In this document: piece by piece, positions 19,681 through 29,474 of the stretch
Numbering within the stretch: position 1 is the stretch's first letter
How the letters are laid out: each line of letters opens with the position of its first letter
NCBI GenBank assembly: GCA_963822965.1
Contig: CAWGJT010000012.1
Coordinates: 160,001-224,000, forward strand
Reading direction: 5' to 3'
Origin: an uncultured delta proteobacterium
GTDB taxonomy: Bacteria > Myxococcota_A > UBA9160 > UBA4427
Length of the DNA stretch: 64,000 nt
Made by a program: the position numbers and the translations under genes
Notes under the pieces: generated by a model
What the model saw: the letters and a program-made list of their open reading frames with translations, nothing else
Database searches by the model: none
Told to the model about the DNA's origin: nothing

Positions 19681-20052
19681 TCAGGAGCGGGTGCGCGTTG
19701 GCTTCGCGCGGCTCTGCTGGCGATCGGCGGGCGCGGTCCGCCGGCGGTCCGCGCCCTTCCCGGGCGTCTTCAGCACGTCCGGCACCTTGACGGGCACCTT
19801 GAGCACGAAGGAGCTGCGGTTGGCGGGATCGTCCTTGATGGCCTGCAGACTGGTGGGACGGGGAACGCCCCGGGTGGAATCGATGCGCTGGCGGACCTCG
19901 TCACGCAGGACGCCGGCGGCCAGCCGGGTGCTCTTCTCGATCGTGCGGGCTCGCGCAACGAGGCTCGGAAAGTCCGGATAGCGGACGCGGAACTCCCGTC
20001 CGTCGCCCTTCTCGACGATGGCGTAGAAGGTTTCGACGGAGCCGCTCTTCAA
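19681..20052 (-). CDS. HicB-like antitoxin-domain protein (orphan)
   Basis: 'FYAIVEK...FRVRYPDFP...TIE...VPRPTSL' HicB pattern; TTG start after GGAGGAGG. Confidence 0.6.
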   Translation of the reverse strand: MKSGSVETFYAIVEKGDGREFRVRYPDFPSLVARARTIEKSTRLAAGVLRDEVRQRIDSTRGVPRPTSLQAIKDDPANRSSFVLKVPVKVPDVLKTPGKGADRRRTAPADRQQSRAKPTRTRS

Positions 20053-20081
20053 GTTCGCTGGACCTCCTCCAAGAGGGAAGA

Positions 20082-20109
20082 AATATAGGGAACGAAGCAA
20101 ATTTATCCA
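20082..20109 (-). promoter_or_regulatory. Sigma70-like promoter candidate for the hicB-like gene
   Basis: Minus strand TGGATA-N16-TATATT within a locally AT-rich tract. Confidence 0.45.
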
Positions 20110-20238
20110 GCCCTCCGCACGAATGGGCGAGAGCCTCCCCGGACAAAAAATCTTCAAACACGGGCAGATACAGGACAATCGGCGCGGAGGGCGAGCCCGG
20201 GGCGCGATCGGCTCGGTCGATTCTACTTCGAAGACGAA

Positions 20239-20787
20239 CTAGAAGACGAGCCGGGAGAGGAGCTGGGGAGACGGGCCGGAAGGCGGATTCGAAGGCGAAG
20301 CGGCTCCGGAGCCGGATGCCGGCTGGGTCTGGATGGAGGCCAGAAAGGCAACCAGCGCGGACAGCTTTCCGCGGGTCACCTCTTCGCGGGCGCCGGGATC
20401 GGAGACCTCGACGCTGATCACGTCGCCCCAGACCGGCATCTCCGGAAGGAGATGAGCCTCCACGGGAATCCGTCCGTCGATCAGCCGCGCCACCTCCCCG
20501 GCTGGGAAGCGACCGTCCCGGCGAGCGGCGATGCGCGTGAGGTCCGCGGCGGGGGTCATCAGCTCGGACTGCCAGGCGCCGTCTCCGGCCCCGTCGGGGC
20601 CGTGACACAACGCGCAGTTCTGCGCGTACACCTCGCGGCCCTGCTCGACCAGGGCGAGCGGCGGCGGCTCCTTGGGGGCGGGCCCGGCACAGGAAGCGAG
20701 CACCCCGCACACGAGCAGAGCCGCCGGAATCCGCCCCGGCCCGTCGCGGGCAGGCCGGCGCCTCAACGAGGGGAGTGACTCGCTCAA
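20239..20787 (-). CDS. Monoheme cytochrome c lipoprotein
   Basis: Lipobox LASC, CALCH heme motif, MPVWG axial Met; TTG start overlaps the upstream TGA, RBS GGAGG. Confidence 0.8.
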   Translation of the reverse strand: MSESLPSLRRRPARDGPGRIPAALLVCGVLASCAGPAPKEPPPLALVEQGREVYAQNCALCHGPDGAGDGAWQSELMTPAADLTRIAARRDGRFPAGEVARLIDGRIPVEAHLLPEMPVWGDVISVEVSDPGAREEVTRGKLSALVAFLASIQTQPASGSGAASPSNPPSGPSPQLLSRLVF

Positions 20788-22730
20788 CTCCGTCCTCCGG
20801 CGACCCCCGACGCTTCGCGCGAGGCGATCGCGGCACGACTCTGGCCGGCCTCGACGGACGCCAGGATCCGCTCCTGGGCGGCGTCGAGGATCTTCTTCAG
20901 CATCTCCGCGTAGCTCCAGCCCGCCATCTCGGCCATCAGGTTCATCTTGCCGTCCCAGCACCAGCCCGGGTTCGGGTTGACCTCGAGCAGCTTCGGCCGG
21001 CCGGTGGCGTCCGCGCGGAAGTCGAAGCGCGCATAGTCCCGGCAGCCGAGGCGCTGGAAGAGCAGGAGCGAGGCGTCGATCATGGCGTTGCGGACGTCCA
21101 CCGGCGCCCGGCTCTCGAAGTAGTGGATCTGAGACCAGTACGGAGAATCCGGCTCCCACTTGGACTCGTAGGAGAGGATCGGGGGCAGCGACGGATCGAG
21201 CTTTCCGTAGTCCACCTCGAGGATGGGCAGCACCTCGTGGGAGAGACCGGGGTTGCCGATCACGCCCACCGTGTATTCCGCCCCCGTCAGGAACTCCTGG
21301 ACCAGCAGCGGCACGCCCGGGAGCTGGGCGCGCACGGCGTGGACCCGCTCGACGAGCTGCACGGCGTCGGCGACCACCGCATCCTTCGTGATGGCGATGC
21401 TGCTGTCCCCGAAGACCGGCTTCACGAGCGCCGGGAACACGCTGGGGAGCGTGGCCCCGCGATCCGAAGCGTCGAAGAAGGTCTCCTCGGGGACCGCGAT
21501 GTCGAACGCACGCGCGATCGCGGAGACCATCGCCTTGTCGTAGCAGAGCCCGAGGCACTGGGGGCCGGCACCCGTGTAGGGCACCCCGAGCAGCTCGAGC
21601 AGGGCCGGCACGTGCAGCTCGCGGAAGGCGTCGTTCGCGTAGCCCTCGTCGCACAGGTTCAGCACGAAGGCCGGCGGCTTCTGGACCAGTCGATCGATCA
21701 GCCCCTCGTGACGGTCCACGTACTCGAAGCGGATGCCCTCGAGAGAGCCGAGCGCCGCGTGGAGGTGCTCGGTGGTCTCGATGTCCTCGGGGTTGAACTG
21801 TCCGTCGCGCTTCACGGTGTCGGGCAGCGACGGATCGCCGAGCAGCACCGTGACCTCGGGGAACGGGATCTTCCGTCGCGCGGGAGCGGCGGCGTCCCGG
21901 CTGCGCGCCCGGACCACCATGCGGTGGGCCATCATGCCCAGATCCTGGTTGCGATCCGAGCGCGTCTCGGTGGCGGGCCGCACCTCGACGTCCTCGTAGC
22001 CGGCCCGCCGGAGCAGGCGCTCGATGCGCGGCGGGTCGTAGAGGCGCTCGGCGTAGAACTGGTCGGCGATCACGCCGCGCTCGGCGTGCACGATCACCTC
22101 GCGCGAGATCAGCCGCTCACCGTCGCGCGCGAGGGAGCGCTCGCGACACACGAAGTGGTCCTGGTCGATCCACTCCCAGGAGCGCGCCTCGAAGTGGGTC
22201 CGCTGCCACTCGCCGTCGGCGAGGTCGAGCACCAGGGTTCCGTTCGGCCGCAGCACCCGGGCGGCGGCGGCCAGCACCGACAGGTCGTCCGTGTCCTGCT
22301 CGAAGTACCCGAAGGAGTTGCCGAGGATCGCCACGCAGTCGAAGGAGGCCCGGGGGAGCCGGAAGCGGCGGGCGTCGCCCTCGTGGAAGCGGACCTCGAG
22401 GCCCTCCTGGCGGGCGCGGCTGCGCGCGAGCCGGATCAGGGTGCGGGAGCGATCGAGGCCCGTCACGTGCCCGAAGCCCCGGCGCGCCAGCTCGAGCACG
22501 TGCCGCCCCTGACCGCAGCACAGGTCGAGGATGCGGTTGTCCGGCTCCAGGCCGGCGGCCTCGACGAGCAGATCGACCTCGGCGGCGGTGTTCTCGGCGT
22601 TCTCGACGACGTCCCCGTCCGTCTTCAGGTAGAGCGCGTTGAAGAGCGTGCGCCACCACTCGGGAGGGAGGTGTCGTTCGAGGTCGTTGACCGGGCCGAG
22701 GGTTCGGCGACCGGGCTCGCGGCTTGACAT
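20784..22730 (-). CDS. SAM methyltransferase / D-Ala-D-Ala-ligase-like ATP-grasp fusion
   Basis: ILDLCCGQGRH; VPYTG, DKA, VKP..DSS, DYARFDFR, LEVNPNPG. Confidence 0.88.
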   Translation of the reverse strand: MSSREPGRRTLGPVNDLERHLPPEWWRTLFNALYLKTDGDVVENAENTAAEVDLLVEAAGLEPDNRILDLCCGQGRHVLELARRGFGHVTGLDRSRTLIRLARSRARQEGLEVRFHEGDARRFRLPRASFDCVAILGNSFGYFEQDTDDLSVLAAAARVLRPNGTLVLDLADGEWQRTHFEARSWEWIDQDHFVCRERSLARDGERLISREVIVHAERGVIADQFYAERLYDPPRIERLLRRAGYEDVEVRPATETRSDRNQDLGMMAHRMVVRARSRDAAAPARRKIPFPEVTVLLGDPSLPDTVKRDGQFNPEDIETTEHLHAALGSLEGIRFEYVDRHEGLIDRLVQKPPAFVLNLCDEGYANDAFRELHVPALLELLGVPYTGAGPQCLGLCYDKAMVSAIARAFDIAVPEETFFDASDRGATLPSVFPALVKPVFGDSSIAITKDAVVADAVQLVERVHAVRAQLPGVPLLVQEFLTGAEYTVGVIGNPGLSHEVLPILEVDYGKLDPSLPPILSYESKWEPDSPYWSQIHYFESRAPVDVRNAMIDASLLLFQRLGCRDYARFDFRADATGRPKLLEVNPNPGWCWDGKMNLMAEMAGWSYAEMLKKILDAAQERILASVEAGQSRAAIASREASGVAGGRS

Positions 22731-22882
22731 CGGCAGTGGGTCTCGGAGTAGGACGCGGCATGCCGGCTCCGCGCCGACCTGGCCTCGGGCGCGGCGGCTG
22801 CGTCGACGGAGAATGCGCGCTAACGCGCTAAGTAGGACATCCAGCCCCCGACGCAAGGGGACCGGCCGCTTTCCGGTCCCCG

Positions 22883-24361
22883 ATGGGTTCCGGTGCCGGC
22901 CCCGACCCGGCCGCCGCCGCACTCGACTCGGGCGTCGCCGCCGCACTTGACTCGCCCGCCACGGCCGGGGTACCGAGACCGGCGCCCGTGACCGCTCCCA
23001 ACCACCGCCACGACCCGATTCGCGCCGACCTCCGCGCCATGCTCGGCGACGGTCTGGCGTTCAGCTTCATGGTGGGTGTGGGCGAGTCGTACATCGCCGC
23101 CTTCGCTCTGGCCCTGGGCCTGGGAGACGTGGCTGCCGGCCTCGTAGCGACGGTGCCGATGCTGGTGGGCGCGCTACTTCAGCTCGTGACGCCTTCCGCG
23201 GTCGTCTGGCTGGGCTCCCACAAGCGCTGGGTCGTGATGTGCGCGCTGCTCCAGGCCGCCAGCTTCGTCCCGCTGGCGGCCGGGGCCGTCGCAGAGGACA
23301 TGCCGGTCGGGCTCCTCTATCTCACCGTCTCGCTCTACTGGGGACTGGGCATGGCGACGAGCCCGGCCTGGAACACCTGGGCCGGCACCCTGGTGCCGCG
23401 GGCCATCCGCACGCGCTACTTCGCCCGGCGCGCCCGCTGGTCCCACGTCGCCCTGCTGGGAGGGCTCGCGGCGGGGGGCGGCCTGCTCCAGTGGGGCGCC
23501 CACGCAGACGAGCCCGTGCGCGTCTACGCCGCCGTGTTCGGGCTCGCCCTGCTGGCCCGCAGCCTGTCCGCCTGGCTCCTGGGGCGGCAGCGGGAGCCGC
23601 GCCCGGTGCCCCTGGGAGACACGCGCGTGTCTCCCAGGGCGATCCGGGAGCACGTCCGCAGCGGCGGCCACGGCCGCCTGCTCGTCTACCTGCTGGTCTT
23701 CCAGGGCGGGGTCTGGGTGGCAGCGCCCTACTTCACGCCGTACATGCTGGGACCCATCGGGCTCGACTACGTGGGCTTCACCGTGCTCACGGGCAGCGCC
23801 TTCCTCTCCCGCATCATCGCCCTCCCCATGATCGGCCGCTTCGCCCACCGCTACGGAACCCGGCGCCTGCTCTGGCTGGGGAGCGTCGGGATCGTGCCGC
23901 TGCCCTGCCTCTGGCTCGTCTCCCACGACTTCGCCTGGCTCTTCGCCCTCCAGCTGCTGAGCGGCGTGAGCTGGGCGGCCTTCGAGCTGGCGACGTTGCT
24001 GTCGTTCTTCGAGCACATTCCCCAGAACGCGCGAACGAGCATCCTGTCGGTCTACAACCTCGCCTATGCGACGGCGATCGTGGGGGGCGGCGCCATCGGC
24101 GGCGCGATCCTCGACGTCGCCGGCCGCGGCCCCGGCGCCTACGTGATCCTGCTGGTCACCTCGAGCGTGGCTCGCGGGATCGGGCTCACGATGCTGCGCG
24201 GTGCCCCCAACGTGGTGCCCCGGGAGACGAAGCCGCCGGCGATGCGGACCCTGGGCGTGCGACCTTCGGCCGGGGCCTTCCAGCGCCCCGTCCTCCCGAC
24301 CCTCGAGGAGGACGAGCCGGAAACGAGCGCCGGCCCGCCGGCGGCCGCCCGCTCCGCGTAG
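22883..24361 (+). CDS. MFS transporter
   Basis: About 12 TM segments; 'GRFAHRYGTRR' motif A; start uncertain (GTG 22988 possible). Confidence 0.82.
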   Translation: MGSGAGPDPAAAALDSGVAAALDSPATAGVPRPAPVTAPNHRHDPIRADLRAMLGDGLAFSFMVGVGESYIAAFALALGLGDVAAGLVATVPMLVGALLQLVTPSAVVWLGSHKRWVVMCALLQAASFVPLAAGAVAEDMPVGLLYLTVSLYWGLGMATSPAWNTWAGTLVPRAIRTRYFARRARWSHVALLGGLAAGGGLLQWGAHADEPVRVYAAVFGLALLARSLSAWLLGRQREPRPVPLGDTRVSPRAIREHVRSGGHGRLLVYLLVFQGGVWVAAPYFTPYMLGPIGLDYVGFTVLTGSAFLSRIIALPMIGRFAHRYGTRRLLWLGSVGIVPLPCLWLVSHDFAWLFALQLLSGVSWAAFELATLLSFFEHIPQNARTSILSVYNLAYATAIVGGGAIGGAILDVAGRGPGAYVILLVTSSVARGIGLTMLRGAPNVVPRETKPPAMRTLGVRPSAGAFQRPVLPTLEEDEPETSAGPPAAARSA

Positions 24362-24439
24362 TCGGAGGGGCCGGTCTTCCGGCCGTCTGGAAGAAGCGGC
24401 TTCGGCCGTCTGGAAGCGCCGCTCCGGGCTCGGCGCGCG

Positions 24440-25273
24440 TCAGTCGGAGCCCGCGGTGTCGTCGTCCTGGTCGGCCCAGGCCTGCACCACTTCCGGGGGA
24501 GCGCCGAGCCCGATGCGGTTCGCGTACTTGTCGAAGTTCCAGAGCTCCGGAGTGCGGGGCGGAGGCGTCAGACCTCGTTCGCGGTAGGCCTCCTCGACGA
24601 GGTGCGTCCCGTCGAAGCTTCCCTTGCGGAGCACGCGCAGCCCCTGGTAGGCCACGGGCGGGGAGAGCGCGGGATGGCGGGACAAGGCCCCGCAGTCGTG
24701 GAGGCCCTGTTCCCGGACCACCTGGTCGACCGCCTGGCCGATTCCGTAGTGGAAGGCGTCGTGGATGAGAACGTGTCCGCCGCTCGCCAGATGCGGCAGC
24801 ACGCCCTGGAGGTCGGCGAGCACCGCATCGTGCGTGTGCAGGGCGTCGATCAGCACCAGGTCCAGCGGTCCCCCGAGCGCGGAGACGGCGTCCGGGATGC
24901 GTTGCGGCGAGTATCCCTCGAGCAGCTGGTAGCGGCCATGGAGCTCCGCGTCGCGCACGCGGAAGGCGCCCGGAACGGGGTCGATGCCCACGAGCCGACC
25001 GCACCCCGCATCCTCCATGGCGTTCGTGATGATCCGGGCCGATCCTCCCCAGCGCACTCCGATCTCGAGCGCGCGTCCGGGACGGAGGCCGCGAACGAGG
25101 GCGTAGAGAAGCACCCGATCGGGAACGCACATGTCGGAGGGCTCCCGAAAGATCACGCCGAAGCGCTCGCGTGTGCCGACGTCGAACAAGCGGGGCCGCA
25201 GGAGGCGACTGCGAACGGCCCGCGCCCGGCGTGCAGCCTCGCGCGCCTTGGCCTTCAATCCCAACCCGAACAT
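24440..25273 (-). CDS. Class I SAM methyltransferase (Methyltransf_24-like, putative glycan O-methyltransferase)
   Basis: LEIGVRWGGS, IDALH, IHD. Confidence 0.8.
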   Translation of the reverse strand: MFGLGLKAKAREAARRARAVRSRLLRPRLFDVGTRERFGVIFREPSDMCVPDRVLLYALVRGLRPGRALEIGVRWGGSARIITNAMEDAGCGRLVGIDPVPGAFRVRDAELHGRYQLLEGYSPQRIPDAVSALGGPLDLVLIDALHTHDAVLADLQGVLPHLASGGHVLIHDAFHYGIGQAVDQVVREQGLHDCGALSRHPALSPPVAYQGLRVLRKGSFDGTHLVEEAYRERGLTPPPRTPELWNFDKYANRIGLGAPPEVVQAWADQDDDTAGSD

Positions 25274-25328
25274 GCATCCACCCCCGCCCCACGATGCGCC
25301 GCCTTCGCGTATCGCGGATTTCTGCGCC

Positions 25329-26372
25329 TCAATCCCGTCCGGTGACGGACCCCGCGTTCGCGACGCCGGATCCGGCCGGCCCCTTGTACTCGATGAGCGT
25401 GGCCGGCCGGTTCAGGATCCGGTCGCGCGCGAACCGCAGCAAGCCGTGCAGCTGTGCGAGCTTCGCCGCCACGACGAAGAACGCGTAGGCGAGCGCGTCC
25501 CTGCCCGGCCGTCCCCTCGCCTGCTGGGCGCGAAAGATGCGAGCCACCTGCAGCGGATACAGACCGAGGAGGAGCAGGCTGGCGCCCGCGGTCACGGGCG
25601 CCAGCGACAGCGCCAGCACGGGCAGGAGCCCACCCCAGACGAGCATCGAGCGCACGGGACGACGCAGCTCGGGATCCTTCAGGGCCCTGTGCTTCCAGGC
25701 GGTCTGCGCGTAGGCGTGACCGGCGCGCTGCGCGCGGCGCCACCACTGCCCGATCCGGCTCATACGGGCGTCGTGCAGCGTCATCTCGACGGGAAGTCGC
25801 TCGATCCGCCAGCCGCGCCGGCGCAGCCGCAGGCAGAGCTCGGGCTCCTCGCCCGCCACGAAACCGGGATCGAAGCCGCCCACCTCTCCGAACGCGGCGC
25901 TTCGCGCCAGGAAGTCCCCTCCGCAGGCCCGCACGGAGCCGACCGGGGAGTCCCACTCGAGATCGCACAAGCGGTTGTAGAGGGTGGCCTCGGGCGCGCG
26001 TTCCCGGCGGCGGCCACACACGATGGCGAGCCCGGGATCGCCGCGGAGGGTCTCCTCGGCCCGCTCCGGCCACTCTTCCCGCAGCTCGCAGTCTCCGTCG
26101 ACGAACTGCACCAGCTGCGTCTCCGGGCGGACCTGCCGGACCCGCTCGAAGCCCGCGTTCCGGGCCCGGCCGGCGCTGAAGGGCATGCTCATGTCGAGCT
26201 CGACCGCCTCGAGGCCGAGCCCTCTCACGAGCGCGAGGCTTCCGTCGGTCGAGCCGGAGTCGACGTAGACGATCGGATCGAAGTGCCCGCGCAGGGATTC
26301 GACGCAGCGCTCGAGGTTCTTCCCCTCGTTGCGCCCGATCACCACGGCGGCCCGCGATCCCGAGACGCTCAC
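25329..26372 (-). CDS. Glycosyltransferase family 2
   Basis: VVIGRNEG, DSGSTD, FVDGD, GEEPELC; GTGA overlap. Confidence 0.9.
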   Translation of the reverse strand: MSVSGSRAAVVIGRNEGKNLERCVESLRGHFDPIVYVDSGSTDGSLALVRGLGLEAVELDMSMPFSAGRARNAGFERVRQVRPETQLVQFVDGDCELREEWPERAEETLRGDPGLAIVCGRRRERAPEATLYNRLCDLEWDSPVGSVRACGGDFLARSAAFGEVGGFDPGFVAGEEPELCLRLRRRGWRIERLPVEMTLHDARMSRIGQWWRRAQRAGHAYAQTAWKHRALKDPELRRPVRSMLVWGGLLPVLALSLAPVTAGASLLLLGLYPLQVARIFRAQQARGRPGRDALAYAFFVVAAKLAQLHGLLRFARDRILNRPATLIEYKGPAGSGVANAGSVTGRD

Positions 26373-27262
26373 GGGGAGACCGCCCGGGGCGCCGCGCTCG
26401 TCCATCGGGGCACCGCCGTCTTCGCCCGCTCGGCGAAGTCCGCACAGGTCAGCTCCAGCCCGAGCCACTGCGAGAGCTCCGCCAGGTCCCGATCCAGCTC
26501 CCGTTCGACGCGCTCCCGCACCGCCGGCGAGAAGGTCGGGCGCTCCCGGGTCCGCCAGAGGTCCTTGACCCGCTCGCGGAGGGAGGCGGGTACGAATCGC
26601 CGCCGCAATCGGGCCAGGAGCGGCTGATCCACCAGGAAGTCGCGCCAGGGACTGCGCCGCAACCGCTCGCGTGACGCGTTCTTCGCGCCCCGGTCGGATT
26701 GCCACGTCACCTCTCCCTCGAAGCCGAGGAAGCGGACGATCCGCTCCAGCTCGAGCTGCGGCTCGCTCCGGAGCCTCTCGAAGAAGACGGGCAGCACGCG
26801 TTCCGGCCCGAAGGTCTCCAGGTAGGGCCGGAGCTGCATGGCATAGCGGCTGTAGGCGACGAGCCGCGGGTAGAGGTCGACGGACGCGTCCAGCGAGCCG
26901 CTCACGGTTCGCTCCGTCCATTCGTGGATGAACTGGGAGACGAGACGCTCGACCGGATCGCGCATCACGTACACGAAACGGGCGTCGGGCAGACCGCTCC
27001 GGATGCGCGCGACGGTCTGCGGATGGGTGGGAAGCTTCGTGTAGTGGGTGCTCGACTCGCCCCGCAGGACCGCCCCCTGTCCGGCTGCGAAGAGCCCCTC
27101 GTACCACTCCCAGCCCCGGCTCCACCGGTCTTCGTCGCTGAAGAAGTTGGGCTCCTTGGGATCGCTCATGAAGATCCCGGGCTGCGCGGCGAGCTGGTCG
27201 TGGAGCGTGCTGGTCGCGCACTTCATCGCGCCAATCACCAGGAAGTCCGGGCGGCTGCTCAT
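26369..27262 (-). CDS. Sulfotransferase
   Basis: PDFLVIGAMKCATSTL (5'-PSB), RDPVERLVS (3'-PB). Confidence 0.9.
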   Translation of the reverse strand: MSSRPDFLVIGAMKCATSTLHDQLAAQPGIFMSDPKEPNFFSDEDRWSRGWEWYEGLFAAGQGAVLRGESSTHYTKLPTHPQTVARIRSGLPDARFVYVMRDPVERLVSQFIHEWTERTVSGSLDASVDLYPRLVAYSRYAMQLRPYLETFGPERVLPVFFERLRSEPQLELERIVRFLGFEGEVTWQSDRGAKNASRERLRRSPWRDFLVDQPLLARLRRRFVPASLRERVKDLWRTRERPTFSPAVRERVERELDRDLAELSQWLGLELTCADFAERAKTAVPRWTSAAPRAVSP

Positions 27263-28269
27263 CGCGAAGGCTCCGTGCCCGACGGCTCTTTCCGGGCGCG
27301 CGAAGGCTCTTCCCCGGCGCGTGAAGGCTCTTCCCCGGCGCGTGACGTCGAGCCGATCCAGATGTCGCGCCAGGCCGCCTCGGCGGCGTGGGGCTGCTTG
27401 TGTCCGACGAGCTCGCGAAGCCCGGCGATGGCGCGTCCCAGCCCCCAGAGCAGGTTCGCGGCCCAGAGCCCCGGCAGCCCGTAGAACTTCGCGTAGTAGC
27501 GCGCGCGCGACGCGTAGTAGTACGCAGGAAGGCGCTTGCGGACCGCCGCGGCGGACTTCACCGGCGAGGTCCCCCCGCGAAGATGGACCACCCGGGCGTC
27601 GGGACAGTTCAGGACGCGCCAGCCCTCCGCACGCGCACGGCGGCAGTAGTCGACGTCGTCGAAGTACATGAAGTAGCCCTCGTCCATGGGCCCGATCGCC
27701 TCGAGGACCTTCCGCCGGATCAGCACGCACGCGAAGCTCGTCCACTCGGGCCACGAGGGCCCCGGCTGCACCGGCTGCGGAACCTCGTGGCGGCGAAAGA
27801 GACGCGTGACGGGACCGGTCCCCGCCGCGAGGATCAGCTCCGTGACGGGCGTGTGCCACCGGAAGCAGCTGATCTGGGGCTCGCCGTCCGGCCACTCCAG
27901 CCGCGGGCTCAGCAGACCCGCCTGCGGCTCGCGGCTCGCGTGGTCGAGCAGCCGCCCGATCGCGCCGGGGCGGACCCAGGCGTCGCTGTTGAGGAGCAGA
28001 TACAGCTCGGCCGCGACGGCTGCGATCCCCGCGTTGTTGCCCGCCGAGAAGCCCCCGTTCACCGGGGACCGCACCAGCCTCGCCCAGGCCTGCCACTTGC
28101 GGTCCTCGACGGCGCGCTCGATCGCGTCCGCCGAGCCGTCTCCCGAGTCGTTGTCGACCACCACCGCCACGTCGCGACCCGGGTCCAGCTCCGCCTCGAG
28201 CGAAGCCAGGGCGTCGATCACGAGATCGGGCGTGCGGTAGTTGACGATGACGACCGCCAGACGCATCAA
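27259..28269 (-). CDS. Glycosyltransferase family 2 (WbbL-like)
   Basis: IVNYRT, NGGFSAGNN, LLNSD, YFMYFDDVD. Confidence 0.9.
   Translation of the reverse strand: MMRLAVVIVNYRTPDLVIDALASLEAELDPGRDVAVVVDNDSGDGSADAIERAVEDRKWQAWARLVRSPVNGGFSAGNNAGIAAVAAELYLLLNSDAWVRPGAIGRLLDHASREPQAGLLSPRLEWPDGEPQISCFRWHTPVTELILAAGTGPVTRLFRRHEVPQPVQPGPSWPEWTSFACVLIRRKVLEAIGPMDEGYFMYFDDVDYCRRARAEGWRVLNCPDARVVHLRGGTSPVKSAAAVRKRLPAYYYASRARYYAKFYGLPGLWAANLLWGLGRAIAGLRELVGHKQPHAAEAAWRDIWIGSTSRAGEEPSRAGEEPSRARKEPSGTEPSR
27281..27343. repeat. 21-bp coding tandem repeat (2 exact + 1 degenerate copy)
   Basis: GAAGGCTCTTCCCCGGCGCGT x2, encoding SRAGEEP repeats at the GT2 C-terminus. Confidence 0.8.
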
Positions 28270-28317
28270 CGGCCGGGCCCTCTCGCAGGCCGATCGACGA
28301 GCACTCGACGCCGGCCG

Positions 28318-28899
28318 CTACGAAGCACTCTGCTTGCGCAGGGCGGAGATGTACTGGGTCAGGACGTGGATCAGGCTCTGGTGCGTGTCCTCCGCGATCC
28401 CGTAGTTGTCGATCTCGACGTGGACCACGTGGTCGGCGAGCCGCTTCAGCTCGCCTCCCTTGAAGCCCACGAAGGCGATGGTGGGAACCCGGCGCTGCTG
28501 CGCGTAGCGGCACGCCTCGACCACGTTGGGGGAGTTGCCGCTCGAGCTGACGAGCAGGACGGCGTCTCCGTCCTTGAGGTAGTACTCGAGCTGCTTGCGG
28601 AAGACCTGGTCGTAGCCGATGTCGTTCCCGATCGCCGTCAGCATCGGGCCGTTCGAAGCCAGCGAGACCGATCGGATCGGAGGATGCGAGCCGACGTGCG
28701 TCCCCTTGCTGACATCGCACACGGTGTGATCCGAGATGGCCGCGCTGCCCCCGTTCCCCGCGACCCAGAGCGTCCCGTCCCGCTCCGCGACCCCCAGCAG
28801 GATCTGGAGGATGTCGCCCAGCTCGCTCTTGTCGAAGCTGCGCAGCATGGCGGCGAACTTCTCGTAGTAGCCCGTCACGAAGCTCTGGAAGTCGTCCAT
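28318..28899 (-). CDS. gmhA: Sedoheptulose-7-phosphate isomerase (SIS domain)
   Basis: GNGGSAA, TAIGND, SSSGNSPN, AEDTH. Confidence 0.85.
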   Translation of the reverse strand: MDDFQSFVTGYYEKFAAMLRSFDKSELGDILQILLGVAERDGTLWVAGNGGSAAISDHTVCDVSKGTHVGSHPPIRSVSLASNGPMLTAIGNDIGYDQVFRKQLEYYLKDGDAVLLVSSSGNSPNVVEACRYAQQRRVPTIAFVGFKGGELKRLADHVVHVEIDNYGIAEDTHQSLIHVLTQYISALRKQSAS

Positions 28900-29474
28900 C
28901 TTCAACCTCTTCGAAACCTCTCCGCTTACCGGGGGACTTCCACGGGAGCCTTCCTCGTCCTCGCGACTCCGGCGTGGGCGCGCTCGGACGAACGCCGTGC
29001 GGCCTCGGATGCCGCGCGGGTGTATCCCATCGGCAAGATGATATCCTACGACTGCGACACGCCGATGGAACCCCAGGAAACCGTCATCGGCCGAGCGCGC
29101 CCCGCTCGGCCTCGGATCCATGCCTGCCCCGGGCGCACGCGCTCGTCCCACCCATCGGCACGCCTAGCACCAATCTCAAGCTCGTACGTGCGACATCCGA
29201 GAACGGAGGTTCCGATCGGCCCCTGCAAACGGACGCGAACCATGGTGGCCCCTCGCCCCGGACGTCGCCCTCTGCGCGGCTGTCTGCGCAGCAGGGCGGC
29301 AAGAATCCGACACCTATCGGGATCCGGTGGCGACTCAAAGGAGGCGGAGCGCCCGGCCCCGCGCCCATGGCTGCAACCTTCGAGGATCCTGGAGCCCCCC
29401 CAAGGGAAAACGCTGAATCCCCGATCGTCCGGAAAGGCCCCGTTCCCTTCCCGCTCCGCGAAGGACCCCCGCGC

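Noticed and set aside
20784..22730. Calling the fusion ddl or a vancomycin-resistance ligase
   Set aside because: Lacks the Ddl N-terminal motif and has no mur/van gene context
24376..24416. Short repeat CGGCCGTCTGGAAG x2 between convergent genes as a REP/MITE
   Set aside because: Only two local copies seen; more likely a duplicated terminator-like hairpin
28900..29474. ncRNA or small ORF in the long divergent intergenic regions (also 38831-39394)
   Set aside because: No recognisable RNA family or convincing coding signal by eye; an Infernal/Rfam scan would be needed
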